This document shows positions 27,537-36,652 of a stretch of DNA of 43,632 nucleotides, one piece after another. Below the pieces are notes generated by a model. It searched no databases and was not told the DNA's origin. It saw only the letters and a list, made by a program, of their open reading frames with translations. The stretch spans positions 1 to 43,632 of the forward strand of contig JAZRVA010000025.1 of NCBI GenBank assembly GCA_045598865.1. The letters are read 5' to 3'. Both the position numbers and the translations under genes were made by a program. Each line of letters starts with the position of its first letter. Position 1 is the stretch's first letter. This DNA is from Clostridia bacterium (GTDB taxonomy: Bacteria; Bacillota; Clostridia; Christensenellales; UBA1242).

Positions 27537-28454
27537 ATGAAACAAAAAGATGTAAATATAAAACAGGGCATAACAAATATTGTATCAAGCCAAGAAGACA
27601 CAAACCAATGCGCCACGCCACCAGCCACTCAAATAGAAAGAAGCCTAACCAAAAAGTTTAAAAAAGATATTTTTTCCCCATTTGTCCACGCCTTGCAGGA
27701 TTTTTACATGATAGAAGATGGTGATAAAATAGCTGTTTGCATTTCCGGCGGCAAAGATTCTATGCTACTTGCCAAGTGCATGCAAGAAATTCAAAAACAT
27801 CACAAAAAGGATTTTAGTCTTGTTTTTCTGTGCATGAACCCCGGATATAATAAAAAGAATTTAGAAAAAATAATAACCAATGCGCAAATATTAAACATTC
27901 CGCTAACAATTTTTGAAACAAAAATTTTTGATAGTGTAAAACAAATAAAGGATTCTCCTTGTTATTTGTGTGCAAGAATGAGACGTGGCTACTTGTATGC
28001 CAAAGCCAAAGAGCTTGGTTGCAACAAAATAGCCCTTGGGCACCACTTTAACGACATTATAGAAACGGTGTTAATCAGCATGCTTTACGGCGCAGAAATA
28101 AAAACCATGGTGCCAAAAGTTGTTTCCAAAAACTTTGAAGGCATGGAACTAATTCGCCCCCTGTATTATGTTAAAGAAGAGCAAATTATAAAGTGGGCAA
28201 ATTACAATAGGCTAGATTTCATAAGGTGTGCTTGCCGTTTTACTGAGGAATCTGAAAATCACGAAGACCTTTCAAAACGCAAAGAAATAAAAAACTTAAT
28301 TGCCAAATTAAAACAAAAGAATAATAATGTGGACATAAACATTTTGCGCAGCACTTTTGATGTTAATGTGGACACTCTTTTAGGTTTCACCCATAACGGT
28401 AAAACGCACACTTTTTTAGAAGAATATAACAAACGAAAAAACAAGGAAGAATAA
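27537..28454 (+). CDS. TtcA-like PP-loop ATPase (tRNA 2-thiocytidine synthase family)
   Basis: MIEDGDKIAVCISGGKDS aligns with E. coli TtcA as I recall it. The CYLCARMRRG motif is also present. Confidence 0.75.
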   Translation: MKQKDVNIKQGITNIVSSQEDTNQCATPPATQIERSLTKKFKKDIFSPFVHALQDFYMIEDGDKIAVCISGGKDSMLLAKCMQEIQKHHKKDFSLVFLCMNPGYNKKNLEKIITNAQILNIPLTIFETKIFDSVKQIKDSPCYLCARMRRGYLYAKAKELGCNKIALGHHFNDIIETVLISMLYGAEIKTMVPKVVSKNFEGMELIRPLYYVKEEQIIKWANYNRLDFIRCACRFTEESENHEDLSKRKEIKNLIAKLKQKNNNVDINILRSTFDVNVDTLLGFTHNGKTHTFLEEYNKRKNKEE

Positions 28455-28470
28455 CCTTCCTTGTTTTTTT
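28441..28470 (+). terminator. Intrinsic terminator overlapping the stop codon
   Basis: ACAAGGAAG, 6-nt loop, CTTCCTTGT, followed by TTTTTTT. Confidence 0.7.
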
Positions 28471-28560
28471 TATAATATTGTTTAACAATTAAACATAATT
28501 TCCAATTACAAAAATCCACAGCCTGTTGGATAGTAATTTTTACTTTGTTTATAAAACTTA

Positions 28561-29148
28561 TTAGTTTAGTTGTTTAACCACATTGCTGCAAAGATCTTCA
28601 ATAAATGCCTTGGCGTCTTCACTTTCCAAATCATAATCTTTGTCAACTTCTTCGGTCAAAGAGCCAATAATTCCATTGTAAGCAAAGTTAATTGCAGAGT
28701 CGTCTATCTTAAACAATGTTCCCTCTTCCTCGCCTCTATCACAAATAGAAGTAAACAAAGCCATAATAACATCTTTGCATTTAAAAAGCATGTCCTCTAT
28801 TGTGTCTGCATCTTCGTCGCTCAAAAAGGCAGCATAGTTGTCTAAGAAAGTCCAAGGCATAACCATCCAATAGTTCGCCTTCATGGTAATAATAACCGCC
28901 TTAATAAAAACCTTCAAACTTGCCCTAAAAGTAGAAACCTTAAACCCGACCGAGAAGAATTTAATCATGCGGTTCAAATAAAAGATGATACTATTAAAAA
29001 CCATCTCGTCTTTACTTGCAAAATATTCATATATTGTGCTCTTGCCCATGCCGCATCTTTTTGCCACTTCCGATAGTGTAATAGACTTATAGTCCACACG
29101 GTCGTTAAGCATTGCAAGAACTTCTTCATAAATCATTTCTTTTTTCAT
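28561..29148 (-). CDS. TetR/AcrR-family transcriptional regulator
   Basis: The N-terminal HTH is TLSEVAKRCGMGKSTIYEYF. I chose the ATG at 29148 because GGAG lies 6 nt upstream; the track start at 29160 is a GTG. Confidence 0.8.
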   Translation of the reverse strand: MKKEMIYEEVLAMLNDRVDYKSITLSEVAKRCGMGKSTIYEYFASKDEMVFNSIIFYLNRMIKFFSVGFKVSTFRASLKVFIKAVIITMKANYWMVMPWTFLDNYAAFLSDEDADTIEDMLFKCKDVIMALFTSICDRGEEEGTLFKIDDSAINFAYNGIIGSLTEEVDKDYDLESEDAKAFIEDLCSNVVKQLN

Positions 29149-29322
29149 ACACAACTCCACAATGTTATTATGTCACAAAAATTATATAAAATTTTTTTTG
29201 CTTTGTAAAACAAAAACCACTAAAAAAGCAAAAAATATCAATTTTCTTTGCGCAATTTACTAGATAATTTTTAAAAAAAGTTTTATAATGTTGTTGTAAA
29301 AATTTAAGAGGAATTTATAATT

Positions 29323-30735
29323 ATGAAAAAAACAAAAACAGTTTGCACCATCGGCCCTTCGACCGATAGGTATGAAAGCATAGTGGCCCTTCTTAAAAAC
29401 GGCATGAACGTTGCCCGCCTTAACATGAGCCATGGTTCATTGGAGTCACACCAAAAAACTTTGGATTTGGTAAAACAAGCCAGAAGGGATCTCAACCTTC
29501 CATGTGCAATAATGGTGGACACCTGTGGCCCAGAACTTAGAGTGGGAACTTTTAAAGACCAACGGGTCGTTCTTAAAAAAGGCCAAACCTTTGTGTTTTC
29601 CACCTCTATGGTAGAAGGCGACGAAACGCAAGTCTATTGTGGTTACCCAGCACTTTTGGAAATTTTAAAACCAAAACAAAAATTATATGCAAACAACGGC
29701 TTACTTGAATTCACAATCCAAAAAGTAGAAAACTCAAGTATCATTTGCCGTGTTGACGTGGGCGGTGAAATTAGCAACCACAAAAGCGTCTCGATTCCAA
29801 GAATTAGATTGCCACTTCCATTTATCAGTGAAAAGGACGATAAAAACATAGAATTCGCCGCAAAAAATGATGTGGAATTTATCTCTGCCTCCTTTGTTAG
29901 CACGCCAGACGATGTAATAAAATTAAGAGAATGCATCAGAAAATATGGTGGCAGGCAAGAAATTATTTCAAAAATAGAGAGTGCCGAAGGCATAAAAAAT
30001 TTAGATAAAATAATAGAACTCAGCGACGGCATAATGGTGGCACGTGGAGATATGGGCACAGAAATCCCCATAGAGCAAATCCCGAGCGTGCAAAAAAATA
30101 TGATAACTAAAACCGTTCAAAACGGAAAAATAGTAATTGTGGCCACCGAAATGTTAGAAAGCATGACTTCAAAACGCCGCCCAACCAGGGCGGAAACCAC
30201 AGACGTGGCCCAAGCAATTTATGATGGTACCACCGCCACAATGTTGTCTGGCGAAACAGCCTCTGGCCAGTATCCTCTGGAAGCAGCACAAACAATGTCA
30301 AAAATAAGTTTGGCCACCGAAAAGGTTGTAGATTACGACTCAAATTTCACAGATACCATTAAAAATTCAAACAAAAACTTAGATGCCATTTCCTATTCCG
30401 CCTGTGCCACGGCTAGGTCGGTTGGCGCAAAGGCCATTGTTTGTTTTACCGATAAGGGCAAAACCGCCAAAATGATTTCTCGTTTTCACCCAAAAGCAGC
30501 CATTGTTGCCATTACTCATGACGAATTTGTTTTTAACAACTTGGCCCTGTCTTGGGGCGTAAGACCTTTTGTTACAAGTGAATTTAATTCATTGGAAGAC
30601 ATGTTAAATAGTGCACAAGATATTGTAAAAAGGTTAAACCTTGCCAAAACTGGCGACAAAATTGTTATAACCCTTGGCATCCCAACCAAGGATAAGGGCA
30701 TTACAAATTCAATAAAAATTAGTCAAGTTGAATAA
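29323..30735 (+). CDS. pyk: Pyruvate kinase
   Basis: Contains KTVCTIGP, RLNMSHG, MVARGDMGTEIP and ATEMLESM. Confidence 0.92.
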   Translation: MKKTKTVCTIGPSTDRYESIVALLKNGMNVARLNMSHGSLESHQKTLDLVKQARRDLNLPCAIMVDTCGPELRVGTFKDQRVVLKKGQTFVFSTSMVEGDETQVYCGYPALLEILKPKQKLYANNGLLEFTIQKVENSSIICRVDVGGEISNHKSVSIPRIRLPLPFISEKDDKNIEFAAKNDVEFISASFVSTPDDVIKLRECIRKYGGRQEIISKIESAEGIKNLDKIIELSDGIMVARGDMGTEIPIEQIPSVQKNMITKTVQNGKIVIVATEMLESMTSKRRPTRAETTDVAQAIYDGTTATMLSGETASGQYPLEAAQTMSKISLATEKVVDYDSNFTDTIKNSNKNLDAISYSACATARSVGAKAIVCFTDKGKTAKMISRFHPKAAIVAITHDEFVFNNLALSWGVRPFVTSEFNSLEDMLNSAQDIVKRLNLAKTGDKIVITLGIPTKDKGITNSIKISQVE

Positions 30736-30767
30736 ATAATATAAAAATTTTTAATAATTTTGCTTGT

Positions 30768-30796
30768 TTGACAAAATCCGCAACTTTTTATATACT
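30768..30796 (+). promoter_or_regulatory. Sigma-70-like promoter
   Basis: TTGACA, 17-nt spacer, TATACT. Confidence 0.5.
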
Positions 30797-30820
30797 ATTT
30801 TGTAGAGAGGTAAAAAAATT

Positions 30821-31516
30821 ATGTTAATAAATTGGTCTTCACTTATTGTATACCTTGGCCTATGCTTGGTTGGCCTTTGGGTCTCATATAGCTTTTTAAA
30901 CAAAAATGGCTTTTATTTGTTTTCAGTCTTGGCAGTGGTAGTAACCAGCATGCTTTACAGTGCAAACTTCTTTTCACTTCCAATTTCTGCTGGCACAGTA
31001 ATTATGCCTTTTGTTTACCTAGCACTTATTTCTTGCCACAAAAAATATGGCGCCGAAGAATCCAAAAGACTATTCCTAATCACATTAATTTCTATGCTCG
31101 CTTCGTTTGTTTTTGTTTTCTTCCAATCAGCCTATGGCGATTCCGCAGCAGGCGTGCAATATTTTTTAACTTGGGATAACTTGGGGCCTTACATCGGCTC
31201 AATCATCGCCTTCGTTGTGGCTTCGCTTTTCACTTTGTATTTAACCAAAAAAATCACACCAAAAAAACTTAAATCTTTTTGGAAACTTGCCTTCTACATA
31301 GCAACAGCCAGTATTGTAAGTTCTTTCGTTTTTGTTTTCTTGGTATACACAGGCATCTTGGCTTTCTGGAAAATGCTTTTGGTCCTTCTTATTAAAGTTG
31401 CAATAGATTGCTTAGTTTCCATTGGCCTTGGCTATTTCGAAAAATATTTAAACCGTGAACCAAAAGAAGAAAAGAAAGAAGACGATCAAGAAAATATAGC
31501 TAGCGATATCAACTAA
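30821..31516 (+). CDS. Divergent VUT/YhhQ-like (DUF165) membrane protein, possible queuosine-precursor transporter
   Basis: 231 aa with about 6 TM segments. The layout and the ...HKKYGAEESKRL... and ...LIKVAIDCLVS... blocks parallel B. subtilis YpdP as I recall it. Conservation is weak. Confidence 0.45.
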   Translation: MLINWSSLIVYLGLCLVGLWVSYSFLNKNGFYLFSVLAVVVTSMLYSANFFSLPISAGTVIMPFVYLALISCHKKYGAEESKRLFLITLISMLASFVFVFFQSAYGDSAAGVQYFLTWDNLGPYIGSIIAFVVASLFTLYLTKKITPKKLKSFWKLAFYIATASIVSSFVFVFLVYTGILAFWKMLLVLLIKVAIDCLVSIGLGYFEKYLNREPKEEKKEDDQENIASDIN

Positions 31517-31552
31517 TCTTTGCTTGCTTAGCGTATTTTAAAAATTTTCATA

Positions 31553-31580
31553 TTGACAATTTTTAAATTTTAATTAAAAT
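31553..31580 (+). promoter_or_regulatory. Promoter upstream of tRNA-Val
   Basis: TTGACA, 16-nt spacer, TAAAAT, about 55 nt upstream of the tRNA 5' end. Confidence 0.5.
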
Positions 31581-31634
31581 ATCTTTTAGTTTTCAACCCT
31601 GCATTTTGTTGCCACTGGTTGTAAACTAAAATAT

Positions 31635-31710
31635 GGGCAATTAACTCAGTTGGTAGAGTGTCACTTTGACGTAGTGGAAGTCAGGGGTCCGAGTCCCTTA
31701 TTGCCCACCA
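31635..31710 (+). tRNA. tRNA-Val (anticodon GAC), CCA encoded
   Basis: Hand-folded cloverleaf: acceptor GGGCAAT/ATTGCCC, D arm ACTC-AGTTGGTA-GAGT, anticodon loop TTGACGT, T arm AGGGG-TCCGAGT-CCCTT. Confidence 0.88.
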
Positions 31711-31713
31711 ATT

Positions 31714-31744
31714 AAAAACTAAACCTTTCCTGGTTTAGTTTTTT
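31714..31744 (+). terminator. Intrinsic terminator after tRNA-Val
   Basis: AACTAAACC, 6-nt loop, GGTTTAGTT, followed by TTTT. Confidence 0.65.
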
Positions 31745-31815
31745 ATATTAAAATTATAATATAAAAAAGTTTTTGTATCGCAAATTTTAATGATATAATT
31801 TCATAAAGGATACAT

Positions 31816-32262
31816 ATGAAAATTATTAGAACAACCGGTACAAACAAAAATTTTGTTTTACTTTCTAAAAAGTTAGAAGAATTCCAGTTTAGTCTCTTGC
31901 CAGAACTTAAAACTGTAAATTACAATTTAACCGAAAACATGCAAGATATCTCTGGTTTTGTGGCATATCAAAACACCACTCCAATTGCCTGCATTGGCTT
32001 TAAAAAAATAGACGAACAAACCTGTGAAATCGTCAGAGTTTTTGTTTTGAAAGAATATCGAAACAAAGGCATCGCCTCCGCTTTGTTTTTAAAAATTTTA
32101 GATTTAGCCAAAAGTTTGGATTACAAAAGAGCAGAAATGTTTGTTTGGGCGCAAGCCACCGAAGCGGTTAACTTGTATAAAAAACTTGGGTTTAAAAACA
32201 CTTCCCCAAAACTTTCCCAAATCATAAACGCAAACTATATTATATTTTCAAAAACTTTGTAA
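31816..32262 (+). CDS. GNAT-family N-acetyltransferase
   Basis: Acetyl-CoA motif A region VFVLKEYRNKGIASALF. An extended -10 (TGaTATAAT) and SD AAAGGA lie upstream. Confidence 0.8.
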   Translation: MKIIRTTGTNKNFVLLSKKLEEFQFSLLPELKTVNYNLTENMQDISGFVAYQNTTPIACIGFKKIDEQTCEIVRVFVLKEYRNKGIASALFLKILDLAKSLDYKRAEMFVWAQATEAVNLYKKLGFKNTSPKLSQIINANYIIFSKTL

Positions 32263-32283
32263 CTTAAAAAAACACTATTTCTT

Positions 32284-32312
32284 TTGGCTTTTTTTGTTTT
32301 TTTTGTTAATAT
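32284..32312 (+). promoter_or_regulatory. Promoter placed for a leaderless transcript of the 32319 ORF
   Basis: TTGGCT, 17-nt spacer, TAATAT, then 6 nt, then the ATG at 32319. There is no SD. Confidence 0.4.
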
Positions 32313-32318
32313 TTTTGT

Positions 32319-32792
32319 ATGAGAGAATTTATAAATTTCCATCAAGTAGATTTTGAAAAAGATAATTTGGCAATTAAAAAGCTTTTTGCACTCGAAACAA
32401 ACCTAAGCGTAGGTTTGCAGCAGTTTCAAGAATATTTTAACAAAAACCCAAAAAATCCAAATCAAATAGAAATTAACAATAAACCAGAGATTATAGATAG
32501 TTTATATAACGAATTTATCCGCCCAATCGACGCATTTGAAACAATAAAAACTTTTGTTTTAGACGAACTTAAAATAAAAAATAGTATAGTTTTAAAAAAT
32601 AGTTCTCAACCCGCCCAATCTCAAAAACCCAAAAAACTTTACTTTTATGTTTTCGAAAGAGATTTAAACGAAGACTCACCAAAACTCCGCGGCGTCTTTT
32701 ATGCAACCTCTCACGCAAACAAACCAATATTTTGCGTTGCCCTCACAAAAAGTTTGGAATATGATTACGAAAAAGAGATTTACAAAAAATGA
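32319..32792 (+). CDS. Hypothetical protein (157 aa)
   Basis: The stop overlaps the next start (ATGA). I recognise no motif. Confidence 0.5.
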   Translation: MREFINFHQVDFEKDNLAIKKLFALETNLSVGLQQFQEYFNKNPKNPNQIEINNKPEIIDSLYNEFIRPIDAFETIKTFVLDELKIKNSIVLKNSSQPAQSQKPKKLYFYVFERDLNEDSPKLRGVFYATSHANKPIFCVALTKSLEYDYEKEIYKK

Positions 32793-33504
32793 GTCACGCC
32801 AAGCAAACACAAACACTCAAACATTCTCCTACGCCTCAAAAATCACAAATATCACCACAAGCAATAAAACAAAAGTTTTCTTTGTCAAATATTATTAACA
32901 CTCGTAGGCGTTTTTTAAAAGAAAATATTACAACCGACCATGTTGTTAAAACCACCAACTCTTGCATTTTAATTTCCGCCCCTCACGGCGTAACGCAAAT
33001 AAGGGAAGGTAAACCCAAATATGCTGAAATTGGCAGTCTAACCGCTGCGTTATTTTTAAGTCACACCTGCCAAACAAACTTTATTGCAAAAACTAAAACA
33101 AATAACGATGATGCAAATTACGATTTGTCATCTCCTTATAAAGAAAGTATTAAAAATTTAGTTAAAAACAGCTACATAAAATATGTTCTTGATTTTCATG
33201 GCCTTGCAAAATTCAGGCCAATGCACATAAACTTGGCACAGACTATGGCAAAAATATAAACAACAATAAACCCATTTTTGATAACCTTGTTTCTATGTTA
33301 ACATCTCATAATTTTGTTGTCAGCATAGACACACCATTTAGAGGTGGTGGAAAAACAATTTCAAGTTTCAGTAGAAATTTAAACAAAAATATGTGGGCAC
33401 TTCAAATTGAAATAAATTGTGCAATTACAAACAACCCAAAAAATAAAGAACAATTTTTAACCCTTCTATCTATATTAAAAAAGTGGATTAATTCTCTTAA
33501 CTAA
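32789..33504 (+). pseudogene. N-formylglutamate amidohydrolase-like (FGase family) gene interrupted by a 1-nt frameshift
   Basis: Track ORFs 32789-33259 and 33295-33504 are two pieces of one gene. The first frame ends ...VLDFHGLAKFRPMHINL, and the -1 frame is open from 33193 and reads LGTDYGKNINNNKPIFDNLVSMLTSHNFVVSIDTPFRGGG...ALQIEIN. Adding one G at the GG at 33235-33236 restores a 238-aa ORF. Confidence 0.6.
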
Positions 33505-33519
33505 TCCACTTTTTTTATT

Positions 33520-35940
33520 TTATTCTTTTTCTTCTAAAATAACGCCTTCTATTTTCACGTCCGTGTTGCCCTGTGTGTATTCAATATTCTGTGCTGATGT
33601 AACGGCTTTTACGTCGTCTTCAACGCTTTTTAAAAAGTCTAAATCGTTTGTTGAAATTATTAACTTTTCTATTTTTGTTTTTAAAGAAATTTTGTTGTCG
33701 GTTTTAAAACCTCTTACTTTTGAAACAACATCAACCACTTCGTCTCCACTTTTTATAAGGGATTTGTCAATTTCAACTGGCATTTTTTGCAAGGTAAGTT
33801 TGTGCAAAGAAATCTCTTTTATAGTATCAACAAATGTGTTTTGATAAATTTCTTCTGTGATGTGTGGCAAGTAAATTCCAAACATTTTAAGCATTTCTAA
33901 CAACACTTTATAGCATGCATATTGAGCGCTTTGTTTTGCATCTTCGCCATAAATTTCTGGATTATAAAGTCTTACTTTTACAAGTTCTATGTAATTATCG
34001 CAGAAATTCCAAAAATAATTTTCAAGTTCACCCATTGCAAGGCCCACTTCATATTTTTCAAAGTAGGAAACAAACTTTTCTTGCATTTCGTTAAACTTGC
34101 TTAAAATCCATTTGTCCATTGGTTTTAATTGTGTGTTTTCTTGTGGGTTATAACCTTCTAAAAACTGCCAAACAAATTTGCTTGCATTGTATAATTTGTT
34201 GGTAAGTCTTGCGCCAATTTTAAATTTTTCTTCATTAAACAAAATATCTCTGCCAAGACTACCCGTTGCTGTCCAATATCTAACAATATCGGCTGAATAT
34301 GTTTTAATAAGTTCCACAGGGTCATTTTTAGCATTTGATTTACTCTTAGAAATTTTTTGACCCGCGCTTGCCATAATAAAACCACTAATCATAACATTTT
34401 GCCAAGGAATTATGTTGTCGTGATAAAATGCCTTAACTATTGTATAAAAATCCCAAGTTCTAATGATATCGTGTGCGTTTGGTCTTAATGACATTGGCAT
34501 AAGTTTTTTGTAAAGTTCGTCATTAACTTTCCATTTTGTGTTAATTTGTGGTGTTACAGAACTTGTGGCCCATGTGTCTAATATATCCTTTTCTGGTTCA
34601 AAATTATTTCCACCACATTTTGGGCAAGGACGCTTTGGCATAGTTGTTAGTGGGTTTACTGGCAAATCTTTTTCGTCTGCCACAATAATCTCGCCGCAAT
34701 CTTTACAATACCAAACAGGGAAAGGAACTCCAAAGTATTTTTGACGGGAAATACACCAATCCATCATCAAGTTTTCTACCCAATCGGTATATCTTGCTTT
34801 CATAAATGCAGGGTGCCAATCCACCTTATCACCCATTTCTAGCCACTTGTCTTTGTTTTCTAATGTTTTAATAAACCACTGTTTTTTAAGGTTGATTTCC
34901 ATTTCTGTTCCGCATCTTTCGTGAACGGAAACTTGGTGTTTTATTGGGTCTTGCTTAATTAGAAGGTCTTGTGCTTTTAAGTCTTCTATGATTTGAAATC
35001 TTGCGTCTTTGCTTTTCATACCCTCATATTTTCCGGCAAGCTTGGTCATGCAGCCAAAATCATCTATGCCAACTTTAAGCTCTAGTTTGTATTTTTTAAA
35101 CCACTGGGTGTCGGTTTGATCACCAAAAGTGCAACACATAACAACACCTGTTCCCTTTTCCATATCAACTTTATCATCAGCAAGCACTGGAACATACAAA
35201 TCGTATAGCGGAACCTTAACCTTTTTGCCAATTAAATATGCATTTTTTTCATCTTTTGGATTAACAAAAACACAATCGCAGGCACACAAAAGTTCTGGCC
35301 TTGTTGTGGCAATTTCCACATACTCGTTTGTGTTTTCTATGAAAAATTTTAAGTAGTTAAAAGTGCTTTCCTTTTCTTCACTTTCTAGTTCGCTTTGTGC
35401 AATTGCTGTGTGGCATTTTGTGCACCACAAAGCAGGAGCCTCGGAATAATAAACTTTGCCCTTTTTATACAAATCTAAAAAAGACATCTGGCTTGTTTTT
35501 TGGCACTCTGGGCTAACAGTGTGATACAAAAGAGACCAATCTGCGCTGTTACCAACACTTATAAAAAGTTTTTTAAAGTCATCTTCATACTTTTCAACTG
35601 TTTCCATGCACATTTTTGCAAACTCTTCACGAGAAACTGTGTATGCTTTCAAACCCCTTTCTCTTTCAACCAAAAGCTCTGTTGGAAGGCCGTTATCGTC
35701 AAAGCCAAAAGGATAAAAAACATTATAACCCATAAGCCTTTTAAACCTTGCAATAAACTCTGCTTGGCTATAACTAAAAATATGTCCAATGTGAATTTTT
35801 CCGCTAACTGTTGGAGGTGGAGTGTCTATTGAATAAATTGGTTTGTTGGAATTAAAATCAAATTTGTAAATTCCTTTTTCTTGCCAATATTCTTGCCACT
35901 TTTTTTCTTTGTCGGTGTAATCGTATTTTTTATCTAGCAT
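33520..35940 (-). CDS. valS: Valine--tRNA ligase (archaeal/actinobacterial-like short type)
   Basis: Contains TPPPTVSGKIHIGHIFSY (HIGH motif) and KISKSKSN (KMSKS motif). At 806 aa it lacks the long C-terminal coiled coil. SD AAAGGAAG is present. Confidence 0.8.
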   Translation of the reverse strand: MLDKKYDYTDKEKKWQEYWQEKGIYKFDFNSNKPIYSIDTPPPTVSGKIHIGHIFSYSQAEFIARFKRLMGYNVFYPFGFDDNGLPTELLVERERGLKAYTVSREEFAKMCMETVEKYEDDFKKLFISVGNSADWSLLYHTVSPECQKTSQMSFLDLYKKGKVYYSEAPALWCTKCHTAIAQSELESEEKESTFNYLKFFIENTNEYVEIATTRPELLCACDCVFVNPKDEKNAYLIGKKVKVPLYDLYVPVLADDKVDMEKGTGVVMCCTFGDQTDTQWFKKYKLELKVGIDDFGCMTKLAGKYEGMKSKDARFQIIEDLKAQDLLIKQDPIKHQVSVHERCGTEMEINLKKQWFIKTLENKDKWLEMGDKVDWHPAFMKARYTDWVENLMMDWCISRQKYFGVPFPVWYCKDCGEIIVADEKDLPVNPLTTMPKRPCPKCGGNNFEPEKDILDTWATSSVTPQINTKWKVNDELYKKLMPMSLRPNAHDIIRTWDFYTIVKAFYHDNIIPWQNVMISGFIMASAGQKISKSKSNAKNDPVELIKTYSADIVRYWTATGSLGRDILFNEEKFKIGARLTNKLYNASKFVWQFLEGYNPQENTQLKPMDKWILSKFNEMQEKFVSYFEKYEVGLAMGELENYFWNFCDNYIELVKVRLYNPEIYGEDAKQSAQYACYKVLLEMLKMFGIYLPHITEEIYQNTFVDTIKEISLHKLTLQKMPVEIDKSLIKSGDEVVDVVSKVRGFKTDNKISLKTKIEKLIISTNDLDFLKSVEDDVKAVTSAQNIEYTQGNTDVKIEGVILEEKE

Positions 35941-35995
35941 AATACATCTTCCTTTTTACAAATAATAATATTTAAACAAAAAGATTTTACCAGTT

Positions 35996-36532
35996 TTACC
36001 CGATAAAATCAATCTGAATTTTGCCATATTTTCTAAAATCTTTTATTCTGTGAGCAAACTTTTGGTTGCTTACATCCGCTGGGTGCTCCCACACAATCAA
36101 ACCACCCCCACTTAATAAATTAAATTTTAAAATTTTTTGAATTGCTATTTCGGCCAAATTACTATCAAAAGGGGGGTCTAAAAAAATTATGTCATACTTT
36201 TGTTGTGAGCTTTCACTTTGTTTTAAAACCTCAAAATAGTCCTCATTTTTTAGGGTATAATTTTTTGCGTTCAAGCCTTCTAAAAACTTTTTTAGGCTTA
36301 AAATGTTTTGCTTGTTATTATCATTAAAAACAACGTGGTTTGCCCCCCTGCTTAAACACTCCAAACCAAGCGCGCCACTGCCACAAAACAGGTCTAAACA
36401 AGTGCTGTTTGGCACTTTAAATTGAAGAATGTTAAAAACATTTTCCTTAACTCTATCCAGCGTTGGTTTTACAATTTCTTCTTTTGGAGAGGGAATTTTT
36501 GTCCCCCTATAAATACCCGAAATAATTCTCAT
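35996..36532 (-). CDS. rsmD: 16S rRNA (guanine966-N2)-methyltransferase
   Basis: Contains DLFCGSGALGLECLSRGA and FLDPPF. Confidence 0.85.
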   Translation of the reverse strand: MRIISGIYRGTKIPSPKEEIVKPTLDRVKENVFNILQFKVPNSTCLDLFCGSGALGLECLSRGANHVVFNDNNKQNILSLKKFLEGLNAKNYTLKNEDYFEVLKQSESSQQKYDIIFLDPPFDSNLAEIAIQKILKFNLLSGGGLIVWEHPADVSNQKFAHRIKDFRKYGKIQIDFIG

Positions 36533-36590
36533 AACGTAAATATAATAAAATAAAATTAGATTAAAGTAAATTGTTTGTGTTAAATAATTG

Positions 36591-36619
36591 TTGACAAATT
36601 TTGTTTTTAATATTACAAT
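36591..36619 (+). promoter_or_regulatory. Promoter upstream of tRNA-Lys
   Basis: TTGACA, 17-nt spacer, TACAAT, 33 nt upstream of the tRNA 5' end. Confidence 0.55.
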
Positions 36620-36652
36620 CTTCTTCGTTAAAACGCAAAAAAGTTTTAACTT

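Noticed and set aside
28479-28495. The 7-3-7 palindrome TGTTTAA-CAA-TTAAACA as a TetR operator.
   Set aside because: It lies downstream of both convergent genes (ttcA-like and tetR), not in a promoter region. AT-rich palindromes of this size are expected by chance in this composition.
33225-33260. Programmed ribosomal frameshift as the explanation for the split amidohydrolase-like gene.
   Set aside because: There is no X-XXY-YYZ slippery heptamer and no downstream stimulatory hairpin at the junction. A 1-nt loss in a G-run (GG versus GGG) explains it more simply.
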